A stretch of 64,000 nt of DNA, taken from NCBI GenBank assembly GCA_951406725.2, contig OX597821.1:8618001-8682000 (forward strand), given 5' to 3'. Below, piece after piece: positions 29,340-44,965 of this stretch (the first letter of the stretch is position 1; each line of letters begins with the position of its first letter). This DNA is from Octopus vulgaris. Lineage: Eukaryota. The translations under genes were made by a program, and so were the position numbers. The notes beneath the pieces are model-generated. The model was not told the DNA's origin. It saw only the letters and a program-made list of their open reading frames with translations, and did no database searches.

Positions 29340-29777
29340 GGCACCATCACCAGCAGCAGCCCCACCATAACCACCTTCACAACCAGCACCGCCACCACCA
29401 CCACCACCAACACCACCACCACGACCTCCACCACCACCATCACCTACACCACCACCACCACCTCCACCACCACCAGCACCACCACCAGCACCACCAGCAC
29501 CAGCACCACCACCACCACCAGCACCAGCACCACCAGCACCACCACCACCACCACAAGCACCACCACCACCACCACCACCACAACCAGCACCAGCACCAGC
29601 ACCAGCACCAGCACCAGCACCAGCACCAGCACCACCACCACCACCACTACCACCACCGCCTCCACCACCACCACCACCACCACCACCAGCACCACCAGCA
29701 CCACCAGCACCACCAGCACCACCACCACCACCACAAGCACCACCACCACCACCACCACCACCACCACCAGCACCACC

Positions 29778-29808
<31 letters not shown>

Positions 29809-30075
29809 CCACCACCACCACCACCACCACCACCACCACCACCACCACCACCAGCACCACCACCAGCACCACCAGCACCACCACCACCACCACCACCAGC
29901 ACCAGCACCACCAGCACCACCACCACCACCACAAGCACCACCACAACCATCAGCACCAGCACCAGCACCAGCACCAGCACCACCACCACCACCACTACCA
30001 CCACCGCCTCCACCACCAGCACCAGCACCACCAGCACCACCAGCACCACCAGCACCACCACCAGCACCATCATCG
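29340..30075. repeat. (CAC)n/(CAG)n trinucleotide tract
   Basis: About 730 bp of cac/cag/caa triplets with internally duplicated variants. Confidence 0.97.
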
Positions 30076-30484
30076 GCATTATGGACAGCACTAAAGAAGA
30101 AATCTCGACTTGCAAGGAATAGCAGTCAAATCTTTCCCACATCGGACGGTGCTGTTTAGAGAAAGTTTCATATTGATTAGAGCCTGGATACCAGACGGCT
30201 AAATAGAGAAGACAAGCCAGTCTCAAATGCAATATCTTAAGTTCGGCTGAATCTGAGATAAGTTAGAATTACATTATCACAAGCAATAACGACAACAACA
30301 GCAACAACAATAAAAATAGCCATAACATCATCTACAGCAATAGCATCAACATTTTTCTATCTTAGGATTTATTTAATCTCCAATATTTACACGATGTTAT
30401 TGAAGGCGTTACTTAGCTCGTCTTTACACCTTTGAAAAAGATTTATATGGAGTCTCTGTAAGGTTCTAAATATCTATAATGGTA

Positions 30485-30663
30485 GGGTGGCAGTGTGTAA
30501 GAAGCGTGGTTATCACCCACATAGTGCCATGCCACGTAGAGGAACCTTTGACAGGGTTCCGCTACATGGCATGGCACCTTCGGCAAGTGTCTTCTATTGC
30601 AGCTTGAGGCCGACTAAAGTCTTGCAAGTGGATTTGCTAGAGAGAAACTAAAAGAAGCATGTC

Positions 30664-30745
<82 letters not shown>

Positions 30746-30831
30746 GTATGTATGGATATATATATATGTATATATATGTATATATATATATATATATACA
30801 CACATATATATATTGGACTAAAAGAAGCATG

Positions 30832-30884
<53 letters not shown>

Positions 30885-31082
30885 AATATACACGTATGTA
30901 TGCATGTATGTATTTTTGTGTGTCTATGTGTATGTTTATGCGTGCGTACTCGTTTGTGTGTGTTATTGAGTCTGTTTGTTCCCCGCCACCATCGACAACT
31001 GGTTGTCGATTTGTTCGACTAAAACCGAACACAGTGCACCAACATGGCCACCGTTCAATGACTGAACCATTTAAAAAATAAA
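30485..31082 (+). mobile_element. SINE family A, diverged, split by an expanded internal microsatellite
   Basis: Head 30485-30665; duplicated actaaaagaagcatgtc at 30647 and 30818; body and tail 30960-31082. Confidence 0.7.
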
Positions 31083-32730
31083 CGACAAACAGACAGATTC
31101 TTTAACGTTGATGGAACGTCCATGTTAGCGCGTTCATTATCAACAGCAGATGCATGTTTTTCTTTCCTTCAGCGTTGATCCATCCGATTTCAGATGCAAA
31201 ATCAGACAATTTGCAACAAACTGACATTTTCTAAAATGTTCCAATTTCTGCATTGAAACACAGTGTTTTTTTGTCGTCTTTTTCGATTGCGGAAACAGTG
31301 AAGCCCTAAAATATTCTGACACTAATTTTGGATACATGTGCTGGCTCGTATTCAGTGTTTCTGCTGCTGACGCTAACGACGATGACGATGACGACGACGA
31401 TGATAAAGCTGACGACGACGATGATGGTGTTGGGGTTACTAGTGTTGCTGGAGATGGTGGTGGGGATGATGATGATGATGGTGATGATGATGATGATGAT
31501 GATCATCATCATCATCATTATCTTCATCATTAACAGCAGAATCATCGTCATAGTCATCATCATCAATATCGCCAATGGAAGAGCTCGGCCTTGCTAAAAT
31601 ACGCAGACCAAGGCAGACATTATGGTCACAATTAGACCATCTATAATACAGAGCTCTTCTACTACGTTTGATATGAAGATAAAACTACTCTATGAAATAA
31701 CATTCTCATGAGCCAGTGAGGCTGTACCTACGTCCCTGATTCGCCCTCTCGAAGTAACAAGCCAAATCCCCCTCAACCACGTTATACCGTCTTTAACAAA
31801 AATAATACACCACTTTAAATAATGTAATCCTAAGTAATTATTTCAGAGATCTAGCTCTGTTGACCCCACTCCCGGTAATTATACTTTTACCACCCATCTT
31901 CCAAAATAAGTAGGAAAGAGAGAGAAGCCATCGCTGCGAGCGACCACTGAGGGTTCTTCTGTGAGGTCTCAGTCTCAAACAAGACTTCAACTTCGCAGAA
32001 GGGTCTTACTCTACAGATATGGTGATGGTCCTGCTATACATCATGGAAAGCTGTTTGTACTTGTATCTTCGTGGCTGTTTCCAGGTGACGTATTTCTAAC
32101 GGCGAGTAGCGAAGCAATATCGAACAGCCTTCAGGCTTGCTATTATTGCTGTTCGAATTATTCATATGTTTGGAGGTAGTGATATTGTTTTGTACTCTGT
32201 CGGTGTTGCTGCGTTCGTTGCTGCCGTCGTTGTGCTTGTCGTTGCTCATGTTGCAGTTGTTACTTTTGCTGAGGCTGCAGTTGGTCTTCTTACTTTTGTC
32301 AATGGTAGGCTGTTGCTGCTGTGTCGTAATTGCTGTCCCACTATTTGTAGTTATCGTATTCGTCTATTAGGCTTGCTCCATAACTAAAACTGACACCGGT
32401 AGTAGTATGCCAGGTGATATTTGAGTTGAGACAAGAGTAACCGTAGCTCCAAAACGTCGTTGCCAGCGGAACACTCTCCCATCCTACCACTTCACACAGT
32501 TCAATGGACGCGTGTTTGATGTTGCTTTGATTAAAATATTTTAAAATTATGATATGGTGAAACTTTTTGTTGCAAGAGATGTAATCCTTAACAGCCACAC
32601 GTACTGCTACCTTCTAGACACGGTGAAATAATAATATTTATTTAAGGAAACGTTCGTCAAAGTTCTAATAGAATAACGTATTTCCGAAAAAAGTCAACTG
32701 GCATTTTGGGGCCGAAGCGAAACATGTCCG

Positions 32731-33029
<299 letters not shown>

Positions 33030-33217
33030 CCTCTCTACTAAAGGCACGTGGGTAGCAGTTTTGGGAGAGTAAGCAACTGGTACTTATTATGTCGACCCCG
33101 AAAGGCGGAAAGGCAAAGTCCACCCCAGTGGACCTTGAACTGAGAATGTGAGGACAGTCGGAATGCTGCTGAGCATTATGCCCGGTGTGCTGGCGATTCA
33201 TCTAATTATAATATTAG

Positions 33218-33612
33218 TTTCAAATTTTGTTACAAGGGCAGCAATTTTAGGGAGGGGATGAGTCGATTTCATCGACCCAAGTGTTCAACTGGTACTTATT
33301 TTATTGATCCCGTAAAGATGAAAATCAAAGTCGCACTCGGCGGAATTTGAATTCAGAACGTAGTGATGGGCAAAATACCTATTTCTTTATTACCCACAAG
33401 GGGCTAAACACAGAGGGGACAAACAAGGACAGACATAGGTATTAAGTCGATTACATCGACCCCAGTGCGTAACTGGTACTTAAGTTATCGACCTCGAAAT
33501 GATGAAAGGCAAAGTCGACCTCGGCGGAATTTGAACTCACAATGTAACGCAGACGAAATACCGCTATGCATTTCGCCTGGTGTGCTAACGATTCTTCCAG
33601 CTCGCCGTCTTA
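33218..33612 (-). mobile_element. SINE family B head-to-tail composite (young copy joined to a headless older copy)
   Basis: 33373-33612 is a full B copy; 33218-33378 is a B body without the A-box; junction at ggtatt. Confidence 0.85.
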
Positions 33613-33855
33613 ATAACAATGATAAATATAATAAGAAGACGAAGTCGAAGAAAGACGCGGAGAATAATTATAAATAGAAGAAATTGAAGTGACAAATGGA
33701 AGAAGAATTAGAAAAAGAGATGATGATTTAGAATTAGAGCTAGAAGAAGGGAAATGAGGAAGGGAAATGATAATTACATGGAAATAATAGTTGAGAGAAG
33801 GATAAGAACGACAACAAAGGAAAATTGCTACACAAAGAATGGAAGAAGAAGAAGC

Positions 33856-33912
<57 letters not shown>

Positions 33913-34099
33913 TTTTGTAGGAAGAGGAAAGAGAAGAGAAGAAGAAGAAGAAATGAAGAAAAGAAAAAAAAAAGAAGAAATGAAGAAAAACGATGACAAT
34001 GGAGAAAAATGAATTGGTGAAGGAGACAATATGAAGTAATAGAGGCACAAGCGAAGAAGATGAAGAAAAAGAAGAAAACAAAATAGTAGAAGTGGTTAA

Positions 34100-34326
34100 A
34101 GAATAATAAGAATAATAAGAAAAAGATGGAGGATGGGGAGAAGGAGGAGGAGGAGGAGAAGAAGAAGAAGGGGAAGAAAAAGAAGAAGAAGAAAAAGAAG
34201 AAGAAAAAAGAAGAAGAAAAAGAAGAAGAAGAAGAAGAAGAAAAAGAAGAAGAAAAAGAAGAAGAAAAAAGAGGAAGAAAAAGAAGAAGAAAAAAGAGGA
34301 AGAAAAAGAAGAAGAAGAAGAAGAAG
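34100..34326. repeat. (GAA)n purine-rich microsatellite
   Basis: gaa/aaa/gga triplets. Confidence 0.95.
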
Positions 34327-34956
34327 TAGTGTGGGTAATAAAATCAGGATAAACACACAGACCTGTCCTATAACAAACTTTTACTGCAACAGAAGAAAAA
34401 AATAAATACCTTCTGCACAAAACACAAAACAAAACAAAGAAACGAAACGCCAGGGAAATCTAATATTGGAAAATAACATTATTTCCACTCAACACTATTC
34501 ATCAATATATATTGTGGTTAAGTCTTCAGATATAAAGCAGCAGAAACAGCAGCAGCAGCACCAGTAGCAGCTGCAACGGCAAGAACAAGAACAGCAACAA
34601 CAACAATAACAACAACAACAACAACAACAACAACTTTAACCATAACCAAGGAATTTTACAGTCTTTATTCACCAATATATTGTTGCTAATTCTAGAGACA
34701 GCAACAGCAACAATAGCAGCAGCAACAACAATGGCAGTAGTAAAAGATTGAACAGTTAGCAGTCTTTATTCTCCAATAAACTCCAGCTAAATAAAACCGT
34801 TATAGCAATAGCTTAACCATTTAACAGTGTATATTCACCAATAATATGCATATACATAAATACATACATACGTACATGCGTACATCCATCCATCATCCAT
34901 CCATCCATCCATCCATCCATCCATACATACATATATATATGTGTGTAAGTGTAGAA

Positions 34957-35034
<78 letters not shown>

Positions 35035-35058
35035 CTATGCATGTAAACAAAAATTGCT

Positions 35059-35640
35059 GTGTACCGTGCATGTATACTGACATCGCTACTTTACTCATGT
35101 TGGGCACGGACCCCTTACAAACCTCGTGTAAAGATACTTTAACACTTTCATCAGAGATATCTGAGACACATTCTGAATGCTGGCTCGACCGTAAAAACTC
35201 TAGATACACAGGTCTTGAGGAAAGCTGATTTCTTGAGTTTTGAGGCGACGGTGCACAAGCAGCGGTTACGTTGGACTGGGCATCTTATTAGAAAGAAGAA
35301 TAGTAGGATCCCTAAACAGATGGTGTACGGGTAATTTGTTAGTGGAAAGAGATCCCAGCAAAAATCAAGACTGCGATTTAAGATTGTGACGGCCTGTGAT
35401 ATGCAAGAGACCGCCTGAGAGAGCAATGCCTGTCATCGCCACAGATGGAGGAAGCAGGTTAAGGAGGGGTCGATACCTTTAAAAGAGCACGTATTCTTCA
35501 TGAAGAATTTAAGCGTGCTGCTAGAAAGCGCACTGCTAGCGTAGTGAATGGGGAAAGGTTTGTTTGCAAGGGTTGCAGTTGTGTATGCTTGTCAAGAGCA
35601 GAGCTCATTAGCTACCTCTGGAGCCGCAAATGCAAAATAT
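35059..35640 (+). mobile_element. RTE (BovB-like) LINE 3' end, 5'-truncated
   Basis: VYRACILTSLLYSC, FHQRYLRHIL, QRLRWTGHLIR, SRIPKQMVYG, RHRWRKQVKEG and a terminal CxxC zinc-finger-like motif. Confidence 0.88.
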
Positions 35641-35884
35641 AAGTTAGTCTTAGAGCTCCCAATGTTCCTAAAGGTCAGCAATGGTCTTCCTGGGTCACAT
35701 GTGGATGGCAATCATATATATATATATGCGGGGGCGGGAAGACATGTAATTGTTGATTAAAGGAGTTGTGTCCGTTGCCGGTTCCTGTTTGCGTAATAAC
35801 GTTGTATATAGGTGCTCTGTAGAAATCCCGGCTACACAACAGGTAAGAATTTATAAAGAAAGTACTGTAGACTTTCAACACACA

Positions 35885-35916
<32 letters not shown>

Positions 35917-35949
35917 CACTCACACACGCACACAAGTATGCTTTATTAG

Positions 35950-36585
35950 CAATGAAGTAGGTAATCCATTACAAATGTTCGAAGTGTTCACGAAGTCGCG
36001 CTAAACAAGTGTTCATGCGGAATTTGAAATTGCGATGAACCCCCTTAAATAGCTCTTCTTTCTCGTTGACTTGTTCACAAGCTTCAACAATTCTTTGCAG
36101 AAGACTTCCTTCGTCCCGAATCATTTCAGAATACACAAGGGTTTTAATGTAGCCCCAGAAGAAAGTTAAATCTGGTGAAAGTGGTGCACAGTCGATCGGC
36201 CCACAACGACCGAGCCAGGTACCATTCAGAAAACCACGAACCTGAAATGCATAATGGGGGCGGATCTCCATCCTGCTGAAACCAAACAAGATTCCCGCTT
36301 CCAAGTGAATGCACGTTAGGCATAATCTTGTTGCCAAGCATCTTGTTGCCAAGCATGTCCAGATACGAATCACCTGTCACAGAGCCCACAAAATAAAATG
36401 GTCCAATTACTTGATTGTGCCAAATCCCACAACATTACCTGGCCTCCGGCTTATTGATTATCGATTTCGATCCAATGAGGATTGGTTTGTGAGTAATATC
36501 GGCAGTTTTGAAAGGAAATAGAAAAAGGGAATGTTAGCAATTTCACATATTGCAGGATGGTGCATGACTTTATGGCCACCCTGTA
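35950..36585 (-). mobile_element. Tc1/mariner superfamily (DD37D/maT- or rosa-like) transposon remnant
   Basis: VWFQQDG.PPH and PLSPDLT-FFWGYIKTLVY motifs; terminus ta-cagggtggccataaagt at 36567-36585. Confidence 0.8.
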
Positions 36586-36684
36586 GATTGAGTCTTAAAT
36601 AATGAGTCTTAATCAGTCTCCGGCCCTTATTGTTGTCTTCTCACTGATATCTCCATCACTTCATTAAACCAAGAGAAACAGATA

Positions 36685-36735
<51 letters not shown>

Positions 36736-36738
<3 letters not shown>

Positions 36739-36895
36739 TGTGTAGTAAGTAGCTTGCTAACCAACCACATTGTTCTGGGTTCAATCCCACTGCGTGGCAT
36801 CTTGGGCAAGTGTCCACTGCTATAGCCCCGGGCCGACCAATGCCTTGTGAGTGGATTTGGTAGACGGAAACTGAAAGAAGCCTGTCGTATATATG

Positions 36896-36928
<33 letters not shown>

Positions 36929-37138
36929 TTGTGTGTCTGTGTTTGTCCCCCTAGCATTGCTTGACAACCGATGCTGGTGTCTGTTTACGTCCCCGTCACC
37001 TAGCGGTTCGGCAAAAGAGACCGATAGAATAAGTACTGGGCTTACAAAGAATAAGTCCCGGGGTCGATTTGCTCGACTAAAGGCGGTGCTCCAGCATGGC
37101 CGCAGTCAAATGACTGAAACAAGTAAAAGAGTAAAAGA
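36736..37138 (+). mobile_element. SINE family A, near full length
   Basis: High similarity to the 15251 and 47910 copies; inserted in (TA)n. Confidence 0.93.
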
Positions 37139-38350
37139 TATATATATATATATATATATATAAATATGTGCGCGCGCGCGTGTGTGGGGTGTATATGTGT
37201 GTATATATATATAGATACACGTGTGTGTGTGTGTGTGTGCCCGTGTGTATGTATGCATGTATTGTGAAGTCTGTTGTAGACATACCAAATGAAGTGAATT
37301 TAACATTTATATTATGCATAATAAAAAGATCTTTTTGTTTGTTTTTCTGTATATCGCGTTTAAATACAGACTATTCAAACTTCGAAAGTAGGTTTCTTTT
37401 AATATTATTTACAATATTTTTTATTTAGGAAATTAATTTTTCTTCGTAAAAAATATCCTTTTTTTACACATGAATGTTTATATATAGGCACATCGATGAG
37501 AAGTGAATATCTATGTAGAATACGACTGATTGCAATTGTTTTTAATCTCCTCGCTTATTGTATATTTCTTTGTCTCTTTCCATCTTCATTGCATAAACAG
37601 TTTTCTTATATTATAAAAATATAGTCTTCATTACTAATAAATATAATTTTCTAAGGAAAAAGGCAATTTCTTTTAACTTTCCTTTGAAAATATGCGCTCC
37701 GACTATGTGAAATTTCATGAAACAAGGTTTAAAACTATGGACTGTGCCCTACAAATCGGATCATACAGCAGTTGCTGCTGCTCCAATTTCTCTTGCCTAT
37801 ATTGCTGCTGCTGCTGTTACCACCACCACCACCACCACCACCACCACCACTACCACCGCCACCACTACTACTACAAACACCACCACCACCAAAACCACTA
37901 CTACTACTACTACTTCTACTACTACTGCATTATTACTAAGCAGTAAGGGCAGTGAATTGGCAGATTCAGTAGCAATTTGCTCAAAATGCCTTGTGGGTTT
38001 TTTTTTTCGAGTTCTTTACGATCTGAGTTCCAATCCAACTCTGCCAGTCATTCCTTTCAGGGTCGAAAAATGAAGAACCAGTCAAGCCAAGATTTCGGTT
38101 TAATCGATCAACCCCTCCTTGAATTTTCTGATCTCGCACTTTTATATTATTATTCTTTGGCATTAAAATGGCAGAAGTCGAAGGGACGTACAAAACGCCT
38201 CATGGTGTTTAGTTACATCCAGCCTAAGTTCTGAGTTCAAATTTCATTGGAGGTCAGCGTTGCTTTTAAGTCTTCATGCGTCAGTAGTAAAGAAACCATT
38301 TACTGAATGCAATGTTGTCGATCATTTCTTTCCTTTCAGCACCGTCATAC

Positions 38351-38712
38351 TGTGGAGGCGCAATGGACTCGCGGTCATAGGATCGTGGTTTCGATTCCCA
38401 GACCGGGCGTTGTGAGCGTTTATTGAGCGAAAACACCTAAAGCTCCAGGAGGCTCCGGCAGGGGATGGTGGTGATCCCTGCTGTACTCTTTCACCACAAC
38501 TTTCTCTCACTCTTATTTCCTGTTTCTGTTGTACCTGTATTTCAAGGGGCCGGCCTTGTCACTCTCTGTGTCACGCTGAATATCTCCGAGAACTAGGTTA
38601 AGGGTGCACGTGTCTGTGGAGTGCTCAGCCACTTACACGTTAATTTCACGAGCAAGCTGTTCCGTTGATTCGGATCAACCGGAACCCTCATCGTCGTTAC
38701 CGATGGAGTGCT
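38351..38712 (+). mobile_element. SINE family C (tRNA-derived)
   Basis: ggaggcgcaatgg...ggtttcgattcccagaccgggcg head with an apparently shortened A-box region; related fragments near 4075-4230 (-), 8470-8600, 17790-17900 and 40600-40730. Confidence 0.75.
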
Positions 38713-39189
38713 TCCACATCTATGAACTAACCCCTGGTGTGTCCCTTCACAAATATTAAATAACTGCTATGAATTTTTCATCGTTGTACACAAAGGAATT
38801 TTTTGATGTAGCCTTTTTGTTTTTAACATTATACCATCTTGTTGGTTATTTGCAGACACAATATTTAATATCTTAATAAGTACCAAGTTACACCTGCCTA
38901 TGTATTCAGAATATAAACAGACGAATCAAATACCGCAACTCATTTGTTTGACGCCCTATCAAATTCCTCTAATCCATCGCTCTGAGTTGGTAGATTTTAT
39001 TTACTACATTATTTTCTCAGCACCCGAAAGATGATAGGCCAAATTGATCTTGGTAAGATTTGAACTGAAACCAGAAAATTCCTGAATAAATACCACAAGT
39101 AATCTAGTCCATCACTCCAACAATTCTAGCAACCGACCATGCTGGAGTGTAATTTTGTCGATTCCGGGAGGATGAAAGGCAAGGCTCAC

Positions 39190-39607
39190 GTCATTCTCGT
39201 CATCGTACTGAACCGTCCACGCAATCATTGTCCTCTTCCTTCTCCTTCTCGCCCACTCCACTACTCCTCCTCCTTCTCCTCCTATCTTCTTCCTACTCCT
39301 ATCTTCCTCCTCTTTTTATCTTCATCCTTCCCCTCATCATCATCGTTTTGATCATCATATTTGTCGTCATCGCCGTGGCCGCCGTCGTCGTCATCGTCGT
39401 CATCGTCATCGTCCTCATCATCCTCATAGCCGACGTCGTCGTCGTTATCAAAATAATCATCATTACCATCATTATCAACATCTTCATTCTGATGGTCGTT
39501 GTCATCATCATCATCATCGTCATTATCATCATCATCAGCATCATCAGTAGCATCATCGTTATCATCGTGTACTAAGTCATTATCGTTATCATCGTCAACC
39601 ACTTCCT

Positions 39608-39638
<31 letters not shown>

Positions 39639-39745
39639 ATCATCATCATCACTGTCACCATCGTCATCGTCATCATGACGCTGATCAACAACCTCATCGT
39701 CAGCATCATAGATTTCGTTGTCGTCGTCGTCGTCATCATCAGTCA
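39190..39745. repeat. degenerate (TCA/TCG/TCC)n low-complexity tract
   Basis: Mixed trinucleotide repeats. Confidence 0.9.
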
Positions 39746-40929
39746 CAGTAGTTTAGTTACGCATAACTGTCTATAGCAAAGATATTTTAATTAATTCCTC
39801 AGATAAGATTCCCCAACGTATGCCCATCGGCTACACGGCAGCACACCCCCGCCACACCACCGCCCTAGCCCTTCTCCACTATTGTCTGCCTAACAACACC
39901 ACATTGCCATCACATATCTTCCCCCCTCCGCATCCTCCTCCACCCCCCCGATATCACCACTGACTACACTACACGACCTCATCACCATCGACTATCCCTC
40001 TCCCTCCTACTCGTTCTCCCCTACCCTAATACGCACCAAACAGGATCCCATTATTAAAAGACTTAGATTGAAACTTATCGATATCCTAATCTATTAAAGA
40101 TTTACCATTAATCTTTCCAATTCCATCTGTCGACTATATCGATATAGTCAGCCCAGTCCTTAAATAGCTTGTCATTCAACAGAGCTCGGTTCTTCCAGAT
40201 AAACCCGTTTATCACTCTGTAAGAACATAGTGGTGGTGGTGGTGGTGTTGATAGTAGTGGAAGTAGTGGTGTTGGTGGTGAAGATGTTATAATGGATTTG
40301 ATATTGATGTTACTTGTGATGATTGTGTAAGTGCTAATATTATAATTTAATATGAGAAGACTGTGTGCTGGCAGGATCGTTAAAATGTTGAAGAAAATGT
40401 CTTGCGGTATTTATTCCAGCTCTTCATGTTGTGGGTTCGAATCATGCCGTCTTCCACTTTGCCTTTCGATTCTTCTGGGCTCGACAAAATAAAGTTGCAG
40501 TCAAGTATTAACTTCCATGGTATCAACTAATTCGTTCCCCTAAAAGTTGCTGTTTTTTCCACTAAGTTAGGGACAATTATAATTTAATATAATTGTGAAA
40601 GTGCCTAACTTACGGGTTAGAGATGTTCGGCGCATGAGCATAAGGTTCTAAGTTCAATTCTTTAATCAGATTGTGCGTTGTGCCCTTGAGCAAGATTCTT
40701 TAATTTTTGTTCCTCAGTCGACTCAGATGTAAATTATTTCCAGTTGGTTACATGTGCGACCCTCTAACTTTCCAGATGTAACATGCTAGATGTTCAGCTG
40801 GGTCAAAGTTATGGCGTCCGAGGGCTTGTCTGTAACACTTTGCGACTCCAGAGGCGCCCAAAATAATTAGCAAAAGCTTGGTGCATCTTACACACACCAC
40901 AAACTACCAATATATCTTCCAACAATATG

Positions 40930-41497
40930 TCCGTCCGTCCATGCATGCATTCATGCATGCATCCATCCATCTATCTATCCATCCATCCATCTATCCATCC
41001 ATATACCCATACATTCATCCATCCATGTACCCATACATCCATCCATCCATGTACCCATCCATCCATCCATCTCTCCATCCATCCATCTATCTATTCATCC
41101 ATCTAACCATCCATGTACCCATCCATCCATCCATCCATCCATCCATCCATCCATCCATGTACCCATACATCCATCCATCCATCCATCCATCCATCCATCC
41201 ATCCATCCATCCATCCATCCATCCATCCATCCCTGTACCCATACATCCATCCATCCATGTACCCATCCATCCATCCATCCATCCATCCATCCATCTATCC
41301 ATCCATCCATCCATCCATCCATCTAACCATCCATGTACCCATACATCCATCTATCCATCCATCTATTCATCCATCCATCTATCCATCCATCCATCCATCC
41401 ATGTACCCATACATCCATCCATCCATGTATCCATCCATCCATCCATCCATCCATCCATCCATCCATCCATCCATCCATCCATCCGTCTGTCCGTCCA
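40930..41497. repeat. (CCAT)n tetranucleotide tract with recurring gtacccat variants
   Basis: Direct inspection. Confidence 0.97.
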
Positions 41498-42238
41498 AGT
41501 AAAACGCGCCTGTAATACGTTTTCTCACTTCGAATTTTACAATAAGTGCGACACCATTCACCCTACAGTCAGTCATATCACTGCCATAAATCGAGCCTCA
41601 ACATGCTTATTAAATGTCCATCCGCGCTACACATTTAGGTGTCTGTGTATAATTATCCAAACATTTGTTTGCGTAACTTTCCGCCTTATTATCAGTCTTG
41701 AAAAGTTACTTTTCACAAACTCATTAAGAACATACTTAATTAGATTACAGCTACATGCCAATACAGGTTGTGATAAAACATAAAAAAAACATTCTTGAAG
41801 TTCAGTATGTAATAACTGCAGACACACACGTGTAGACTGCAAACATATATATATGTAGGCAAAGGAAAATTGGTCAATAGATTGGTCAATACATTATATA
41901 ATGATACCTATTAATGCGTGTGCACATATATATGCATTATATGTCTACCTATATACGTCTATTCTTACATATATGTATGCATATACGCATGTACATATTT
42001 AATGGCTAAATTCCTATGACGCAGCCTTGTTTCATTAACTGGTTCTTTCCCTCCTGGAGAAGAATTATGAAAAAATTTATCAATCTGAAAAACATACATA
42101 AATGCAGAACATAGATAAGCACATACCGAGACGTACATAAATACATACAAGTATATACATATCTGTTGGCCGTGTGTGTGTGTGTGTGTGCGTGTGTGTG
42201 TGCGTGTGTGTGTATGTGTGTTCATGAGCGCGTGTGTG

Positions 42239-42301
<63 letters not shown>

Positions 42302-42887
42302 ATATGTATATAAATGAATAGTATAAGAAATAGATTGAGAGAATCATGCGGTTATCATATCAGGTCCCCGTACGGACTCGACTGTCAGTCTATGTATTAA
42401 TCATTTACAAAGTAGTGTTATGTAAAGTGTCCATGTAAATGAAAATCCAGAAAAAAACAATATACAAGAAATTATGCATCGGCGTTTGCTTTAATGTCTG
42501 CTTGGCATTATTCGATATAATTGTATATTCTCATATTAATGCAAATAAAGAAAGCTACAACGTAAGACCACGAGAGCATCATGGTTATATCAACAGTTCA
42601 ATTCTAGATATACACTAAAAATACACTGTACATACAATGTATGGATTTCTGAAACTGGGCAAAATTACATTGATTTGGTCGGTAAAAGGTAAACATCAGA
42701 GTAAAGATATACTGCAGCTTTTTTATTATAGCAAAAGACGAAACAAAACAAACATATATGAACATCCTCATATCATTTAAGATAAAGCGCTGAACATAAA
42801 TTAAGGGAGTCACTATCTTTAATTTAAACAAAATAACAAGAAGTAATTACGAGAGATTAAGTCAGCTATAGAGGAAAAATATTAACA

Positions 42888-43293
42888 GCAGGAGTGGCTG
42901 TGTGGTAAGTAGCTTGTTTACCAACCACATGGTACCAGGTTCAGTCCCACTGCGTGGCACCTTGGGCAAGTGTCTTCTACTACAGCCTCGGGCCGACCAA
43001 AGCCTTGTGACTGGATTTGGTAGACGGAAACTGAAAGCCCGTCCTGTATATGTATATATATGCGTGTGTGTGTTTGTGTGTCTGTGTTTGTCCCCCTAGC
43101 ATTGCTTGACAACCGATGCTGGTGTGTTTATGTCCCCGTTATTTAGCGGTTCGGCAAAAGAGACCGATAGAATAAGTACTGGGCTTACAAAGAATAAATC
43201 CCTGGGTCGAGTTGCTCGATTAAAGGCGGTGCTCCAGCATGGCCGCAGTCAAATGACTGAAACAAGTAAAAGAGTAAAAGAGTAAAGAGTAAA
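42888..43293 (+). mobile_element. SINE family A, full length
   Basis: Head, internal TA/TG, body and gtaaaaga tail all present. Confidence 0.93.
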
Positions 43294-44300
43294 TAATGCA
43301 AAGTTCTTTTTTTTAGCGAAATAGTTACAAATGTGGGTCAGGTGGAGGACAAAGCAGTAGGGAATTTAAAGATTCTACGATTCATGAATATCTGCTTCAA
43401 AGCAGAAAGCTGAATCTAATGCCAAGAAATAGTGTTCTAGAACAAATATCCTAAGGGCAGATAACTAATATCACAAAACATTCATAGAGAAAATTTGAAC
43501 TTTCAAGGGACTCGGAATCATATCGACCAAAACCATAACTACATTATGCTATACCTCAAATACACACCAGACCACACTCATACACACACACACACATCTG
43601 AGAGCACAAACACACACACACACACGCACGCACAAACGCACATACACGCACGCTGTCACACGAACACACACACGCACAAGCACGCACAAACACACTCGCA
43701 AACACACACACGCATACACACACGCGCAACCACACTCATAGTTGTGTGCCTGTGTGTGTCTGAGATCGCATGGCTCTGTGGTTGTGTTGTTGAACTCAGG
43801 CTTCCGAGATTGCGTTTTCTATTCCTGGACCTGATGATTCTTTATGTTGTGGAACAAAACACTTCACCTCACATTGTTCTGCAACCATTTTGACGCTTGT
43901 GTGTTACACCATCTGTTCAAAAGCGACTCATTTGTGCAGGTCGTTCAGAAAGAAACTGAACGTTCTTACGTTGTCTTCACGGGAGATTCAATCATGTGCA
44001 CACACAGGCAAACACACACACACACACACAGACAAACACACACACACACACATACACACACATACACACACACGCACACACACACACATACACACACATA
44101 CACACACACGCACACACACGCCCCCCCACACAGATACAGACGCACAAATTTATGTAGACACGCACGTGGATACTCACTCACGTACACATACATACCTACA
44201 TGCAGGCATATTTGCATGAAGGTTTACATACGTAGATACACAAGGTGTATATACATGAATATGCAAATGCATACATGTAAACTAACATACATATACATAA

Positions 44301-44332
<32 letters not shown>

Positions 44333-44403
44333 CTACATACATGTGAGCACATGTGTGTGGGTGTGCGCACGCGTGTATATATATATATATATATATATAT
44401 TTG

Positions 44404-44448
<45 letters not shown>

Positions 44449-44451
44449 CTA

Positions 44452-44965
44452 TAAACATAGTAAATAGGGTAATAAAAATAAATTATTATTACCAGTGGTC
44501 TAGCACAAAAGACGAATTAGTCGTTAGACTATATGTTATTCATATATAAATACATTAAAAGGCCTCCAAATAAAGAAGCGAGTGCTAATTACACAAAAAG
44601 GGGATAAATTCATGAAAGGGAATGAAAATCAAAAACGTTTACCAACTCAGCTAATCCTGTACCGCGGTTTCATCTTTTTTTTTTTGCAAATGAATAGAAT
44701 TTATCTGCCAAGGCCAGAATCATCAGCAGGAAGCCTTTGTAATCCGAGATGTACATACCGTTAGAAGCACGTGCAAATCTAACGATCTATATACCCTAAC
44801 TTTTCAGACTAGCGCGCAGACGCAAATCATACCCGGCGACAGAGAGGATGCCGGTAAAAATTTATCGAGCAATATTTAAACATAGTAAATAGGGTAATAA
44901 AAATAAATTATTAATACCAGTGTGTGTATCTAGCACTCGCTTCTTTATTTGGAAGCCTTTTAATG

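Noticed and set aside
29444-30232. 262-aa poly-Val ORF, or a Thr/Ser mucin-like frame on the + strand
   Set aside because: Pure CAC/CAG repeat with no codon-position diversification or supportable exon context
40878-41783. 301-aa IHPS-repeat ORF
   Set aside because: Translation of (CCAT)n
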